Assembly: GCF_001194135.2 (NCBI RefSeq)
Contig: NC_068989.1
Location: 51,937,230-52,001,229, forward strand
From: Octopus bimaculoides
Taxonomy: Eukaryota
Direction: 5' to 3'
Length of the DNA: 64,000 nucleotides
The notes beneath the pieces are model-generated. The model was not told the DNA's origin. It did no database searches and was given only the letters and a program-made list of their open reading frames with translations. Positions 12,119 to 25,760 of this stretch are shown piece after piece. The stretch's first letter is position 1; every line of letters begins with the position of its first letter. The translations under genes and the position numbers were made by a program.

Positions 12119-14600
12119 TCCTATATACGTATATAAATATGCATACATACATGTATATATATAGAAAAAACATAACATGTGCGCATCTGTTGGTCATGTC
12201 ATTGTCATGTAATCGCCTCGTAAGATATGTAAATTTCACCCCAAAAATAGACTGAAAACCATAATGGAGCAGTGTGCTTTCAAATCTGTCCATGAGCTTT
12301 GACTAGAAGTGATGGCACTGCGTATTTGTTGCATGTTAGTCAATTGATTTTTTATCAAATATACGTTGACAACGAATGAAGTGTGCTGGAAATATAGAAA
12401 TTGAAATGAGGTGCAATTTTGTTGTAGGAAGATTTCTAAATCAAACTTACGGTGATACATATTTTCACAAAAGCAAATGTGATGTTACAGCTGAAAATTT
12501 AATTGAGTTAAACTTGCAGCGAGCTCCTAGTTTCTCACAAAACACTGATGGTATATCATGCATGATATAGCAGACAAATCGTTCCATTCAACCACTGTGT
12601 ATGCGTTAACATCTCGCTTCAAAGATGACTCAGCTGGTAAAACTACTTACCAGATCGTGCCCAATATCAGAAATTGTTTTGAAGTACATTTCTTTTCCAA
12701 ATACATTTGGCCACGGAATTTCTGCTAAGTGTAAATAGATCTCATACGCTCATGTTTGACATTTGTGTGGCTTTGAAATCTGGTCTTCTATATAATATAT
12801 GACATATGAAAGAAAATGGAGGTTAAATGCAAGGTTATTATATTATTTTACACAATCTATCGCCTAGCTTTCAGCATGAATTGATTTTCAATGCTCATTT
12901 GTAGCAATTCATTGACTTACGTAATATCTTGCGAAATTTAAGAACCATAGAATTCCAATCTGAATGCTATCACTGTCTTTAAGCTATGTATTTATCGATG
13001 GAAACATATGCTTATGAAATGACCAACAATTGTCTTTATCTCACTTTTGTTGGAATCGGTTTTATTATTTCATTTTATTACTCCGTAATATTAGAAAACC
13101 AAGAATTACTTCTGCATTGGGGCAAAATGCAGCTAATGTATTCAATGTATATCATATTACAATCCACAATCGCTGTTAGATATTGGTTGCTACCGAATTT
13201 ATTTTCTTTACATAAAAGTGCATATCTCGTAGCTACACTAATAATATTATTAAGGCTACATCCGTGTCTTCTCGGGTGAAGTTGACTCCAACGTTTTGAT
13301 ACCAACGCACCTGGTTTAAGCTCAGGGGATTTTAGTCTGGTAATGTACAAAGAAAATTCAGGTATGATACATATAATGTAGTCGCATACATACGTATTCC
13401 TTCTTTCTTACAAGAAAACATTGATTTAGCAGTGTTTATTGCGTATACGGGAAGAAACATATGTTAGATGTATATTCCAAAAGGATTGTGCTGTTACATT
13501 CCTCCTTTTTTGTTTTATTAATTATATTAATTAATCAATTTAATTTTACCTACTATTATATTATTATTATGTACTAAATTAAATAACGTAGGTCCCAGGA
13601 AACGGAGGTTCACACTGTTGGACAGAGAATAAAATCAGATGACACCCTACCGTCTCAAACAAATACACATTGAATTATGTGCTCCGAAATAAAAACATAT
13701 TAACCCACGATAAACTGCATTCCAAAATAGACAGGACGGTCAAAGCTGGAATACTTCTAAAATTATCAGTGTTCTTCGTTAAACCCACCTATTTCTGGAT
13801 GGCAACACCAACAAATCTGCATATGTTATTGCTTGCTTTTGCTATATAGGTCAACTCACAACATCACATTGTTGTAAATATATCACCCTAGCAAGGAACA
13901 TGATAAATATATTTATGACTTAATTGTGATATAAACCCACCTGTCCAATGTTATTGTAAATACTGAAACTTATGTAACAATTTACGTTTCAATAAAATGC
14001 AACAATCATAGTTCACTATCTCGTGAGCTGTTTCATTTTAAATGAAGATTATCTACACTGATTTGCCAGCTTTAATTACAAAACTGTCTTTATTTTTTTT
14101 TTTTTTTACAATTTGATTAGAACTTTGTACGTTTTTCAATAATTATTTTAATATACTTGAAAATATATTTCTGTACCTAATAACTGTCCTTTCGCATTAC
14201 TTAAAATGGTATTTACCTTTTTGTTCTTCGGTAAGAAATACCCCTGATTTAAACTTTGCTCATCATTTCTCACCCGTAGAAGTACATGTGTTATCGTCCA
14301 GCCGACAATATTTGTTTCTTTAAACTATATATTCATTCAGTAAATTTATGAATGCATTTATTATAGTTTCTAGGATATGCAACAAATCATACACATATAC
14401 TGAAGGCTGAATTATTTTTCCTTTTTTGTTTTACATTGCATTACTAAACCATGATTTTACTGATGTCTATAGAACTCATATTGGGAGTAATTGTAGACTA
14501 TATGCACATAGACACTAAAGATAAAAGCACTTCAAATATCCTTGTATTTGAATAATTTAATAAGTAATTCTAATATAGAAGTTAGCGTCTTTCACGTCAG

Positions 14601-14633
<33 letters not shown>

Positions 14634-15939
14634 CTAATGATATGCACGTAACCTTCAAATAATGTCAGAGGATACACAGATAGGTTTTCAGAGACGTGAA
14701 AAGTAAAAGGCCAAAGTTCTGATGAACTTCCATATACGAAATGGAATGTCGGGTTTTCAACAACAAATGAAATAATTACGTGGCTTCAGAATCTAAAATA
14801 TGATCATAACATTTTATTTTAGAAATATCTTTTAAGAGAATTCAGCCCTTAATATAGTGTTAAATGAAGCAAATAGACGATGACAAATGAAACTTGTGAG
14901 TAAATTCCATGTAAAATCATCAGAATTATTAACCGGAGAATATAAAAATAAACAATAATATACATGCTAATGTATATTAGGACAGAAACATTTAGGAGAA
15001 AAGAATATATAATTTTAAAATAAAACAGCTAAAATGGAAAATCGATACCAAAATATTCTTATGTGAAGAAACATTTTGAATAGGGATGAGATTTTACTTT
15101 CGATTCACCTTTACTGGAATGGGCCCATTTATATTTTGCTGAAGAATATCCATCCCCTATAGCAGAATTAGCACTTTATTCATAGCAAAGTTGCTTTGTT
15201 CTCATGCTTCCTTAAAGTGAAAATTGGATTTAGTGTTTTATCAATTCTTACTCGCCCTGTTTTCAAGCTTATCTTCAATAGAATTCTGTACAGAATTTTG
15301 TAATCTCACGTACGGACATTTTCATTGATTAAAGAATGAATGACGTTCGAAGAAAAAAGAAAGTAAAGCATTATTCTGAACGATAGTAACATTTTATTTT
15401 GTTACTTCGCCTTCTAAAAATATCAAATTGTTTAGAATTTGGATTTTCAGCTTCATTGATGACATAGAAAGTACTAAGTTAGATCGATGTATTTTCGCAT
15501 ATACGCATTCGCATACACATACAACAGCACATACACGATCACAGTCAGCAGTACATGCACCCATGCGCGTACACACAGGCAGATACAAGCACACACACAT
15601 AGACGCACACATAAGAACACACACATTGATAGACACACATATATATATGTGTGTCTGCCTAAACGTCGATAGATGCATACGCTAATGAAAATGAAAGAAT
15701 GCATAAGTGTAACACCGAGATCTGAAATGAAAAAGAATACTGCATGTTTTTTCGCTCATTTAGCCATTGATGGCTTATTTAAGCAAATAATTGCGACAAT
15801 TTTTGCGGTCGAATTCTATTATAAATCAAAATTAGGTTCTTTTTTTCGTCTAAAAATTACATTTTAGGAGAATGCTTATTGAATAGCAAATAATTGTCGA
15901 ACTTTAAAGACGGTTATATCATAACAGTAAAAATAATAA

Positions 15940-15940
<1 letters not shown>

Positions 15941-16014
<74 letters not shown>
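15941..16014. repeat. (AAT)n microsatellite
   Basis: Read directly; source of the poly-I and poly-Y ORFs. Confidence 0.95.
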
Positions 16015-16016
<2 letters not shown>

Positions 16017-16215
16017 GTGAGCAAAAATCTTGAGAAGTACGTGGAACAAATAGGGGCTGCAATAAGGGTGGAGCACTTGCAGAAAACAGCACTGTTTGGA
16101 ACCGCTCGAATACTCCGGAAGGTGCTCGAAAAATAAGAGGCGTTACCTTAGTTCACTGGTAGTGAACAGCTGACACTGTAGTACATCTCCAGCATTAGAA
16201 GCTGTGCAAAGCAAC
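16014..16215 (+). mobile_element. Extreme 3' end of an R4/Dong-like (RLE) non-LTR retrotransposon
   Basis: MVSKNLEKYVEQIGAAIRVEHLQKTALFGTARILRKVLEK* is the typical RLE C-terminus. A short 3' UTR follows and ends in (AAC)(AAT)n. Confidence 0.85.
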
Positions 16216-16234
16216 AACAATAATAATAATAATA

Positions 16235-16400
16235 AATTCATAGCCAAAAAGATAGATTCGAATAGGCCAGACATTATATTGAAGGACTTCAGACAAAAAT
16301 ATTTCTCCTCATTGATATGACTGTCCCAATCGACGTAAATGTATCTGTCAAGACCTACCAAAAAGTGAGGAAGTATAAAGATCTTGAAATAAAAATTTAT
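16235..16400 (+). mobile_element. R4/Dong-like RLE endonuclease core fragment
   Basis: KKIDSNRPDIILKDFRQK / LLIDMTVPIDVNVSVKTYQKVRKYKDLEIKI (PD..D..K motif, one frameshift). Confidence 0.85.
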
Positions 16401-16611
16401 CAGTTTATCCTGATATGAAACCACCAAGCCGCACAGATATGGTTGTGATGCATGTGTCTCATGTACCCTTATCAGATGAGTAGGTGTGATGTGTATACTG
16501 AGCTTCGTATATTTTACTCCAGTGTCACCTTGATAGTATGAACTGCTCTCTCATTCAATGATAATAATAACAATAACGGCGATGATATTATTGTTATTAT
16601 CATTATTATTA

Positions 16612-16669
<58 letters not shown>

Positions 16670-16672
16670 GAA

Positions 16673-16890
16673 GGCATTGGGTTGGCAGAATCGTTAATAC
16701 GCCGTAGAAAGTGCTTAGTGGCGTTTCATCTTGATTTATTTTCTGAGTTGGAATTGTGCTGAGGTCGACTTTGCTGTTTATGCTTACAAATTCAAATAAA
16801 TAAGTACCAGTTAGGTACTGCGAATCACTGTAATTGACTAACTCCTCCCAGACAATGTCAGCCCTTCTGAGTACACTAGAAATGATTATC
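16673..16890 (+). mobile_element. tRNA-derived SINE copy
   Basis: ggttggcagaatcgtta...gaggtcgactttgc...aataagtaccagtt; homologous to 43378-43600. Confidence 0.8.
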
Positions 16891-18711
16891 ATTTTTATCA
16901 TTTGTATTTCTCTGTGTGTTCCCTTTGAACGTTCATTGAATACGTAATAATCATATTACATGCCTTAGCAAAATACCAATGGAAGACTTGTAGAGAATAT
17001 CTCTTTTGGCTTGCATTCGTGTCATAATTTCAACATAATTTTCAATGTGTCATTTAAAGCTATGAATTGGTGGGAAGTTGTTCATTTTTGTTGAAGTACT
17101 GAATATGATACGGCCAATTGAATATAACCAGAATCCATTTCATTTGCAGTTAATTCGTTTGTTCATATATCTCGCATAATCATCATTGAACTATAGCGTT
17201 AGATACTATACATTTATTTAAGTCCGTATCTCACTATTTTCCTTTGAACGCTATCACAATCGGCAATTTTCTTCCCTAATAGATGTGTGAATTTCTACTA
17301 AGTGAGCAATATAACATACAAGAAAACCTGATTACTCTTTTCTATGCTAAAGCAAGTAACGTTTTCTATAATATGAGTAGCTGTTCTCATAGAAAAATAC
17401 ATTGATGCGGTATTAAACGTATTATGTACAGCAATATATAAATAAACCATTGGAAAGGTGTACACAACATTCATTTAATGTGCTTTCTGCGGCTTCATGT
17501 TCGAAATATAAACAAAGAGACTATACGTTTATTCCCGTTTACTTAATCTCTCCATCATAGAGCTACTCCCACTATGCTATGATTTCACATTTGCTATAAA
17601 ACCCATTTGCACAATTCTGTACAGATTCAGAGATATACTTATTTAGTATATTATTACCCATATAGAAGACATTACATATTTCTCTGAGATACACCATATG
17701 CTGCTGAGATCTAAAATCCCCCTGCTGATAAAGTTAGATATTTGTTATATGACTGCTGAATGGCGAATGCCTGGAACAATATAACAGTATGTCGTACTCT
17801 ATGGAAAACATCGAACCATGTCAATAATTTGGTAAATAAGTGAAAATAGTCGTCAAACGTCTTGCAGAAATTTTGTGAAGGCGATTGCGACACAGAAATA
17901 AGGAGGCACCAACTCTCCTAAATATAAACTACAAATATAATTTTATTAAAATATATAGTTGGACGTGTTAAAATAACATATTTGCAATAATGGACTGGCT
18001 TATGCTTGATTTTATTGAGATATTTACATTTTCCTACACTTACGTCAAATGCCATGCTCTCATCCCCATTCAAATATTATTGCAAGATCTCTCTTTTTGT
18101 TTTATACGTGAACAATACACACTCCCTAGAAAATCCTGTTAAATATACGAGATGAGATTTTAATGTTCATAAAATTAATTTCTGAGCGATAACAAGTTAA
18201 ATCTATTAAGTAAAAGAGAATTATATACAATATTTACCACAGGCAGACGTAAAGAACTTTTAAATATTTATTTTTTGCTTAGCTTAATAAAATCAATTTT
18301 CGAACTCTTTCATATTATGCGTGGTGTTTTATATTACCAATAGTGTTCAAACTATATATAGATGCAGAGAACATATAAACAAACACATATAACTAACAAA
18401 CACTCAGACAATATTGAACTGCTAACTATATGGAATAGAAAGGAAAAAGAAATATACAATGCATGTCTCTTTGTGCATGTGTATACATGCTTTGTCACCA
18501 TGTGAGAATAGATCTGCATACGTATGATAGAGTGTTTATATCCCTGATGACTATTTATAAACGCTAAGCATGTATGCAAAGTGGCATATGTAAAATATAC
18601 ATATATGTGTGCATGTATGAATATATTCGTATATACATATGCGTTTATTCACATAGATATGTAGGCAGACAAAAGACAGACAGCTAGACAAACAGACAAA
18701 CAGACAGATAT

Positions 18712-18747
<36 letters not shown>

Positions 18748-18758
18748 AGAGCAAGAGA

Positions 18759-18809
<51 letters not shown>

Positions 18810-19911
18810 AGCCACGCACATATGTAAATATGTGTCCATATTTACGTATATCGTTTGTAGGTCTTTTTGCAAATTTATGAGTGCACATATATATGAACAC
18901 ATAGACGCACACATATATGGGAATAATTATGGATGTACGAACATATTTTTACTTATTCGAAATACTTTTGCATTTTATTTCAGTGTGTTTGACAGAAATA
19001 ATAACTAACTTCACATATACAGAAACAGCTGGCTTTCCACAATTTTCTTTTTCCTAGTACAAATATTTGTTTTGCAAACAATCATATCTAATCAATCACA
19101 GAGTGAAACATCGTGTTTCAATAATTCCTCTCTCTCTGTCAGTATCCAGTCGGTTTCATTTGGCAACGAAAGAAAATCGACGACGTCCCTAATTATTAAT
19201 TTTCTAGAAGTTGCGTTACATAGCTTGTTTTTCTCAGTTGGTTGCTGACAGTGATGTTGCTATTCTTACTGCTACTGCTAGTGTGTATACTTGATTTTGT
19301 TGTTGCTGCTTCTGTAGTTATTTTGGTTGGTTTGTCTATGGATGTGTTGTTATTATAGTGATATATTTACTTGGAAACCATGATGCTGTTCTAAGTGTAT
19401 ATTTGTTTAGCGCTCGAAGAATCTTTTGCTATTGTTTTCTACTTTTAAGGACCATTTCGACAATAGATACGCATACGGATACGTAAATATACACTCGAAT
19501 AAGTGTATATCAATACATGTTTCTACCAGTCTTTCTATAAAGAAATACTCATATGCTCACTGTAAAACATAGACATATGCGGATACATAGATATAATATC
19601 ATTAGACATATATTATAAAAATACTAGCTGACCATGTGCCGTCAATAATGATGGCTAATAGTAGTAAATAAGGCATAAAATAAGGTACGTTACAATCACA
19701 CATACAAACGTTCAAATTCTCCCCTTGTACATATTTACTCACACAAGAGTTGAACCGCTGATTTTTTTGTTCACTCCTTCCTTTCTTATTCATCTATCAT
19801 CCCTTACTTTTTCTCACTGTCTCTCAATCAGGGCTTTTACTTTCACTACTTCTCCTTCACTGAATTACTATTTTCTCTCCTCTTCCACGCCTGGCGTGAT
19901 TCTGGACAACT

Positions 19912-19956
<45 letters not shown>

Positions 19957-20409
19957 CACTACGCTCATTATTATGTTAGGGGATGTCTAAAAGCTAATTT
20001 AATGAACATTATGCATGGACAAAATGAGAATTCTCTTGAAATATGCCTTGATAGTTACAATTTTTTTCTAAGTTGGCTTACTTAGCCAAATTTATAAACT
20101 TTCAACAGCAGAATTCGTGTTAAATTAATAAATTTCAACGTTATCCCATAATCACTACATATGCGGTTATTAACAAGAACGTTAAATCACAATATAATGG
20201 TTTCAAATTGCAGTAAATGCCTAGTAATTCAAATTGGAAACGGTTGAGTAATTACGTCAACAGCAGCGGTCAACTAATACGAGTACTTAGTTTAACGACT
20301 TCAAAAGTACGAAATGAAATACTGATTTCAGCGGCATATAAACACAAAACGTAAATAGCCGGAAGAAATAATTAAAGCATTTCTCTCGAAGCTTTAAAGA
20401 TTATGGCAA

Positions 20410-20875
20410 AGAGCCGCCTTTAATAATGACTTTTGACTAAGCGAAAGGGCTACAAATTTGGTTGTGACGGGGGAGTAGATTTGTGTATTACATCAAGCCG
20501 GTTGTTTAGATGGTACTTTATTCTGTTGACCTCGCGTGGATGGTAGTGAAATTGCGTCTCAATACTATTTAAAATAGGACGGAAGAAATTCTGTGAACCG
20601 GCGACCTAAATAATGATAATCTTTTCTACTATAGACACAAGGCCGGAAATTAAGCGGGAGGGAAGTAATCGATTACGATCACTCCAATACTTAATTTTGT
20701 TCGACGTAGCAATCAATTACATTAACACCAGTATTCAGCGGGTACTTATTTTCAGAAACCCGAAAGGAGGCAAGGCAAAGTCGACCTCGGCGGAATTTGA
20801 ATTCAGAACATAGCGACGAGCGAAATTTGGTTAATCATTTCGTCCACCGTGCTAACGATTCTGCCAGCTTACACC
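20410..20875 (-). mobile_element. SINE copy plus a second 3'-part unit (dimer-like)
   Basis: Plus strand gcaaagtcgacctcggcggaatttgaattcagaac...gctaacgattctgccagc is the reverse complement of the SINE head and core. Confidence 0.8.
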
Positions 20876-20890
20876 TTAAAATAATAATGG

Positions 20891-20921
<31 letters not shown>

Positions 20922-20942
20922 CATAATAACAATAATAATAAT

Positions 20943-20976
20943 AAGAAGAAGAAGAAGAAGAAGAGGAAGAAAAAGA

Positions 20977-21007
<31 letters not shown>

Positions 21008-21140
21008 GAAGAAGATGAAGAAGAAGAAGAAGAAAAAGAAGAAGACGAAGAAGAAGAAGATAAACAAGAAGAAGAAGAAGAAGAAGAAGAAGAAGAAGAA
21101 GAAGAAGAAGAAGAAGAAGAAGAAGAAGAAGAGATAAAGA
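20943..21140. repeat. (GAA)n-rich microsatellite
   Basis: Read directly; source of the poly-R and poly-S ORFs. Confidence 0.95.
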
Positions 21141-21299
21141 AGAACAAGAACAACAGTGACAACAACAGCAATAGGAATACTAATAACACTAGCAACATCA
21201 ATAATAATAATTATTATTATAATTATGATGCTACTAATAATAATTAACTGGACTGTTATAACAAGAATATTCCATAGTACCTAATCATATGTAATCAAG

Positions 21300-22600
21300 A
21301 ACCTACCAAAGATCCTGGATCATCCTTACCATTAAACGAACAAATTGGAAGCATTTCCCCATCCGTTCTCTCCATCGTATGGTTTCGAACTTAGTGTAGG
21401 CCCATACTCTCAATTAACCCTCGCCTTATGCACCCACCTTTCAATAAATTTTCTTGATCGGTGGGCAGTACCTCTCTTTCAACGCACAACTTTCTTTTAA
21501 ACTGGAAACTGAAAAGGGTGAGTTTCACCGAAGCAGAAACTTTCCGTCTCCAGTTATAACTCATTCCTGAAGGATCAGTTATCATAACATAGCCACCAGG
21601 GAGAAAATTTGTCAGTCTTTTCAAGGAAATTAATCTGGTAGGGTAATCATGATACAGCTGGCTGATAGACGAATCCCTCTCCATTTCATAGCAGCTATTC
21701 TCACCAATGCTTGAGAACTGCTCTAGGTTACACTTATTTTTTCTGCAAAAGAAACCTTCATGTTTCGCGTTGAACCTTTGAATAAGAGCCAATCATTCCA
21801 CCTATATTACAGACGCGATGCCTTTCATAAGCGATTTTTAGGCGCCTAACTTCATCCCTCTCAAACTTAGCCATGTCTATCACTATTTCCTTACGAATCT
21901 CAAATCTAATAATGCTTTTCAGAACTAGCGAGCGTCGGAAATTGGTTACTGCCTAGGTTGCCCACCTCTTCTCTATTTCTTTCGTCAATTCTTTGTAAAT
22001 TAGGTGCACCAGGAAGACAGTTTTAGTTTCCAGTATCCAGTTCATTGCGAAGGGAATCTATGCTGGAAGAATATATAGATCGCAAATGTCCGATCTAGGA
22101 AAGATCTATGCTCTCTTTATGTACTAACCTAAAGACACCTTTATCTATATGCGATGTGGATAAATGGATGCAGCTCGCACGTCTCACATTTCCGCAGTTG
22201 AACTCAGCAGATTTACGAGCATTATATATATTTTGCCCTGTCAGCTAAATCTACGTATTAAAGATATACATCAAAGGTCAAGATCCAATAGCGGGTAAAT
22301 CCTAATGAACAGAGATATTTAAGGAAAACATTCAGATGCCTAAAGAAATGTTGCTACCTTATCCCTTTTCGGCGTACACGGTGATTGATCTAAAGAGAAC
22401 GCCATTGCTAGTGTTACGTTCTAGAATCACGAATTTTCCTCCGGGTCTATGAAGATGAGCTGTATATCGAATCTGGGATTTTCCGAAACAGTATCCCCAT
22501 CCCACTCGATATACCAAGTCACAGATGTGCAATTCTAAGAGTTATAACAAAGAGAGGATACATCGCATGTGTCAAGAAACCTAGAATCCTGAGGTCATTA
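21300..22600 (-). mobile_element. Degenerate Tx1/L1-clade LINE ORF2 fragment (APE endonuclease and linker)
   Basis: Across frameshifts the minus strand reads GILFRK (~22481-98), IFIDPE-GKFVIL..LFRSITVYA, FFRHLNVFL, GYWKL (22021-38) and QRFNAKHEG (~21754-80). GYWKL(N) is a typical post-APE motif of L1/Tx1. Confidence 0.65.
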
Positions 22601-22789
22601 AGCTAGTGCACCTGTTACAAAGTGACACCAGGCCACGTACACATAAAGAACCGTCTCTCACAACTGCCACGATAGCAGAAAAGAATGTAGATATAAGGGA
22701 ACGAGTTCCTTATCCATACAAGTTGACGCAGGCCTCCTAAAATTTTGATCTTCATTTAGGTCTTTTAGACGCCTACTGCTGGCCCTTAC

Positions 22790-23054
22790 ACTGGAGCTTC
22801 TCTTGTCATGGAGGAAATTATTTATTATTATCTTGTATGCTTTCACGTCCAGCCTTATTAATTTAAGATTTGAAAGTGCTGAATCTGAAGGCATCTTCAT
22901 CTGGTTCAATGTTTGAGCAAGAAAGAATATCAGTTTTTGATTTGTACTCTTTATCAACACAAATTTCTGGCGATTTTCTGAATGTTACTATTTTTGTGTG
23001 TCTGTCTGCAGTTTGTAATCGTGAACCGTAAGCGGAGCATTGGTTCATGGCCAT
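22790..23054 (-). pseudogene. Possible degenerate THAP-domain fragment
   Basis: MNQCSAYGS...VTFRKSP...CSNIEPDE, then KLIRL after a frameshift. Resembles THAP C-x-x-x-G-C...FHxFP...CSxHF...RL, but the key H and W are lost. Confidence 0.3.
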
Positions 23055-23354
23055 GAAGGGATTTGAATGTCTCCGTTAATTGTTAATTTCACTAAGGTCA
23101 TGAAGTCGTTACTGAAATTAACTGCTCTGTGGGAACTTATTGCGCAACTCCTCGGCTGGTGTCAAAAATGTTCGTTCAAACTCCATTGTGTTACATTGTA
23201 CCACAAACTTCAATAAATTACAGAGTAAATTAGACAAAAAAATTATATGATAGTTTTGTCAAAGGCGTTCATGCATGCTTCCACCCCGTTATCGTGGTCA
23301 ATATTGAGGTACTGTGAAGAAACATCCAGTTTTCGACACTACTCCTGTGCTTAA

Positions 23355-23435
23355 TAAAATAAGTACCAGTTGAGTCAACTAGCACGCCCCCACCAAAATT
23401 TCAAGGTTTGTGCCTATAGTAGAAAGGATTACTAC
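23355..23435 (+). mobile_element. SINE 3' fragment
   Basis: aaataagtaccagttgag...ccccaccaaaatttcaaggtttgtgcctatagtagaaaggatt, as in the tails of the other copies. Confidence 0.55.
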
Positions 23436-24508
23436 TTTTATTAATAATAATTATCTACAGCAATGTCCATTATTTGTCTAAAAGCTAACTTATAGATTCT
23501 CTCTATTCCTGTATTCGGGTTGCTTCACTTTTTTCTTCTTATCATATACATCTTTCATAAGCGGCAACGACATCTGAAGCTCTACCTTTACTATAACTAC
23601 TGCCGTTCACCATCATAATAAACATTTATATATACTCCACTTGTACTACGGCCAACATCTTCATCACAATCACTAGGAGGGAAACACTACATACACCTCA
23701 CCTTCTCCTTTTCAACACCGTTGTCACTATGGTCATGATTGATTAGTTTTTATCCATTCAATCTTCTACTTTTATTTTCTTTTTGTCTTTCATTAAATTA
23801 GATACTAGTCGTCCCTCTTTTTTTCTCGTTTTCCTTTGTTTTTCACTCTTTTCTTCTGCTTATTTTCATTCAAAATATGTTTTGTAATGTTACATACAAT
23901 AGATGATATTTGTTTATTCACAACCCCGTTTTTCATCTACTTTCTCTATTTTACCTCTCTCTTTATCTTTCGCTGCTCGACGTCTTTATCGCTGTTTATT
24001 TCTGTTTTATTTGTGTTTAATATCTTTCAGCGCCATTTGTCTGTAGGTAGTTCTTTTCACGACGCTAATGCGATAATGGAAATGAAGAGAAAAACATTGA
24101 TAAATAAATCCATGTTCTATATAGATTTTCAACAAGGAGTGTTTCATAGCCAAACTATTTAGAAAACGTATAAAAGATGAGTTTTCATGTGCGTAATCGC
24201 AATGTAAACAAGCATATATATGATAGGGGTTGATATTGGACCTGGCGCAGTTAGTTGTATTAGTGACAGAATTGTTTATTATTTGAAGCTCCCTTGTGAT
24301 AACTATTTTAACGAGGTTTATGTCTGTACTAATATTTTCCGTGTCCTTAGCGGCAATGATATTATCAATAATAAGTATTATAGATTTATGTGTAACTTTA
24401 GATTCTTCTGCTATGATTTCAGCAGGATTATATGTTGAACATATTTTTTATTTATATTTGCAAAAATGATATGTTTTATATTAAATAATATGATATACTA
24501 CTATATTA

Positions 24509-25760
24509 TTGTGTTGGAAACACAGTTCCCGACGTTTTTTGTAAATTTTGAAATTTTTTCCGTTTTCAAATTTAGGAATCTATTTTTTTCGACAATTCTA
24601 TCTTTGAATCTTTTTGTAATCTATCTTCTTTTTTTTTCTAGTTAATTTTAGTTAATTCTTGTTTATTTTCAGGTCATTAAAATGGAATGTCATGTTAAGA
24701 AAAACGAGCATTTTCGACACCTCCAAGGTTGTAAGGCCGTAAAAGCTGCTCGCGACATTTGTGTTGTGTATGGAGAGGGTGCCATAGCTGAAAGAAGCGC
24801 TTGTGACTGGTATGCCAAGTTCAAAAATGGAAATTTTGACCTCAAAGACGCACCTCGTTCTGGCCGTCCAGTTGAGTTAGATGAAGAGCGATTAAACCAA
24901 CTTTTGCACGAACATTTTCCTCAAACAACAAGGGAAGTGGCAGAAAAAGTGGAATGCTCCCACGCTGCTATAGAGAAGCATCTTTACGCGATGGGAAAGG
25001 TTCAGAAGTATCGAGCATGGGTCCCGCATGCTTTAAGTGACAACCACAAAAATCAACGAGACACAATCTCCACTTGTATGCTTGCTCGTCACCGCTCAAT
25101 TCATGGACACACGCAACGATTACTTTACCGAATCGTTAATGGCGAGGAAAAATCGTGCCTGTACGTCAATATGAAGCAGCGTAAGGAATGGATTAGCCCT
25201 GGTAAACAAGCGACACCGCATGTGAAACAAGATCTTTATCCGCGTAAAACGATGTTGTGTGTATGGTGGACTGGGAAGGGGTTATCCATTATGAATTACT
25301 TGAACAGAACCAAACGGTCAACGCGAAACTCTATGTTCAACAAATGGAACGACTCAACACGGCTATTCAATAGAAAAGGCCAAATCGTCAGTATGGAGTT
25401 CTTCTGCACGACAACGCCTACCCTCATATCGCCAATATGACGAAGGAAGCCGTTCAAACGCATAGTTGGGAAATGCTACTACACCCGCCATACTCTCTTC
25501 ATTTCCGCCACTTTCGATATCTTTCAAATGCTATGCGTGGAGTTTCGTTCAATACTGATGCAGAATTGAGAGCCTGGTTGGATCAATTTATTGAGTCGAA
25601 ATCGGGTGATTTCTACCAACGAGGTATTGAAAATCTTGTTGAACGTTGGGAAGAAGTTCTAAACAACAAGGGTGCATTGATTAATTAGTTGTTATTTTTT
25701 ATTAAACCTTTAACAAATTTTTAATTTTAAAAAACGGTGGGAACTTAGTTGCCAACTTAA
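24509..25760 (+). mobile_element. Full-length degenerate mariner transposon (~1252 bp)
   Basis: ITRs ttgtgttggaaacacagttcccgacgtttt and the reverse complement of aaaacggtgggaacttagttgccaacttaa; TA at 24507-08 and 25761-62. Confidence 0.93.
24682..25688 (+). pseudogene. Mariner transposase pseudogene
   Basis: RSGRP, WVPHAL, IVNGEEK (TGDEKW-like), LHDNA (~25403-17, frameshifted), HPPYS with a partly deleted YSPDL motif, and GIENLVERWEEV. Confidence 0.93.

Noticed and set aside
14719-14745. CTGATGA...GAAA
   Set aside because: The intervening sequence cannot form stem II, and stems I and III are absent.
17760-17830. ANAWNNITVCRTLWK, weakly pogo/Tigger-like
   Set aside because: Too short; no TIRs or DDD motifs found.
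24010-24450. ~147-codon stop-free minus-strand frame (YNPAEIIAEESK...)
   Set aside because: I/N/T-rich composition typical of decayed ATC/AAT repeats; no early start, splice signals or recognisable motif.
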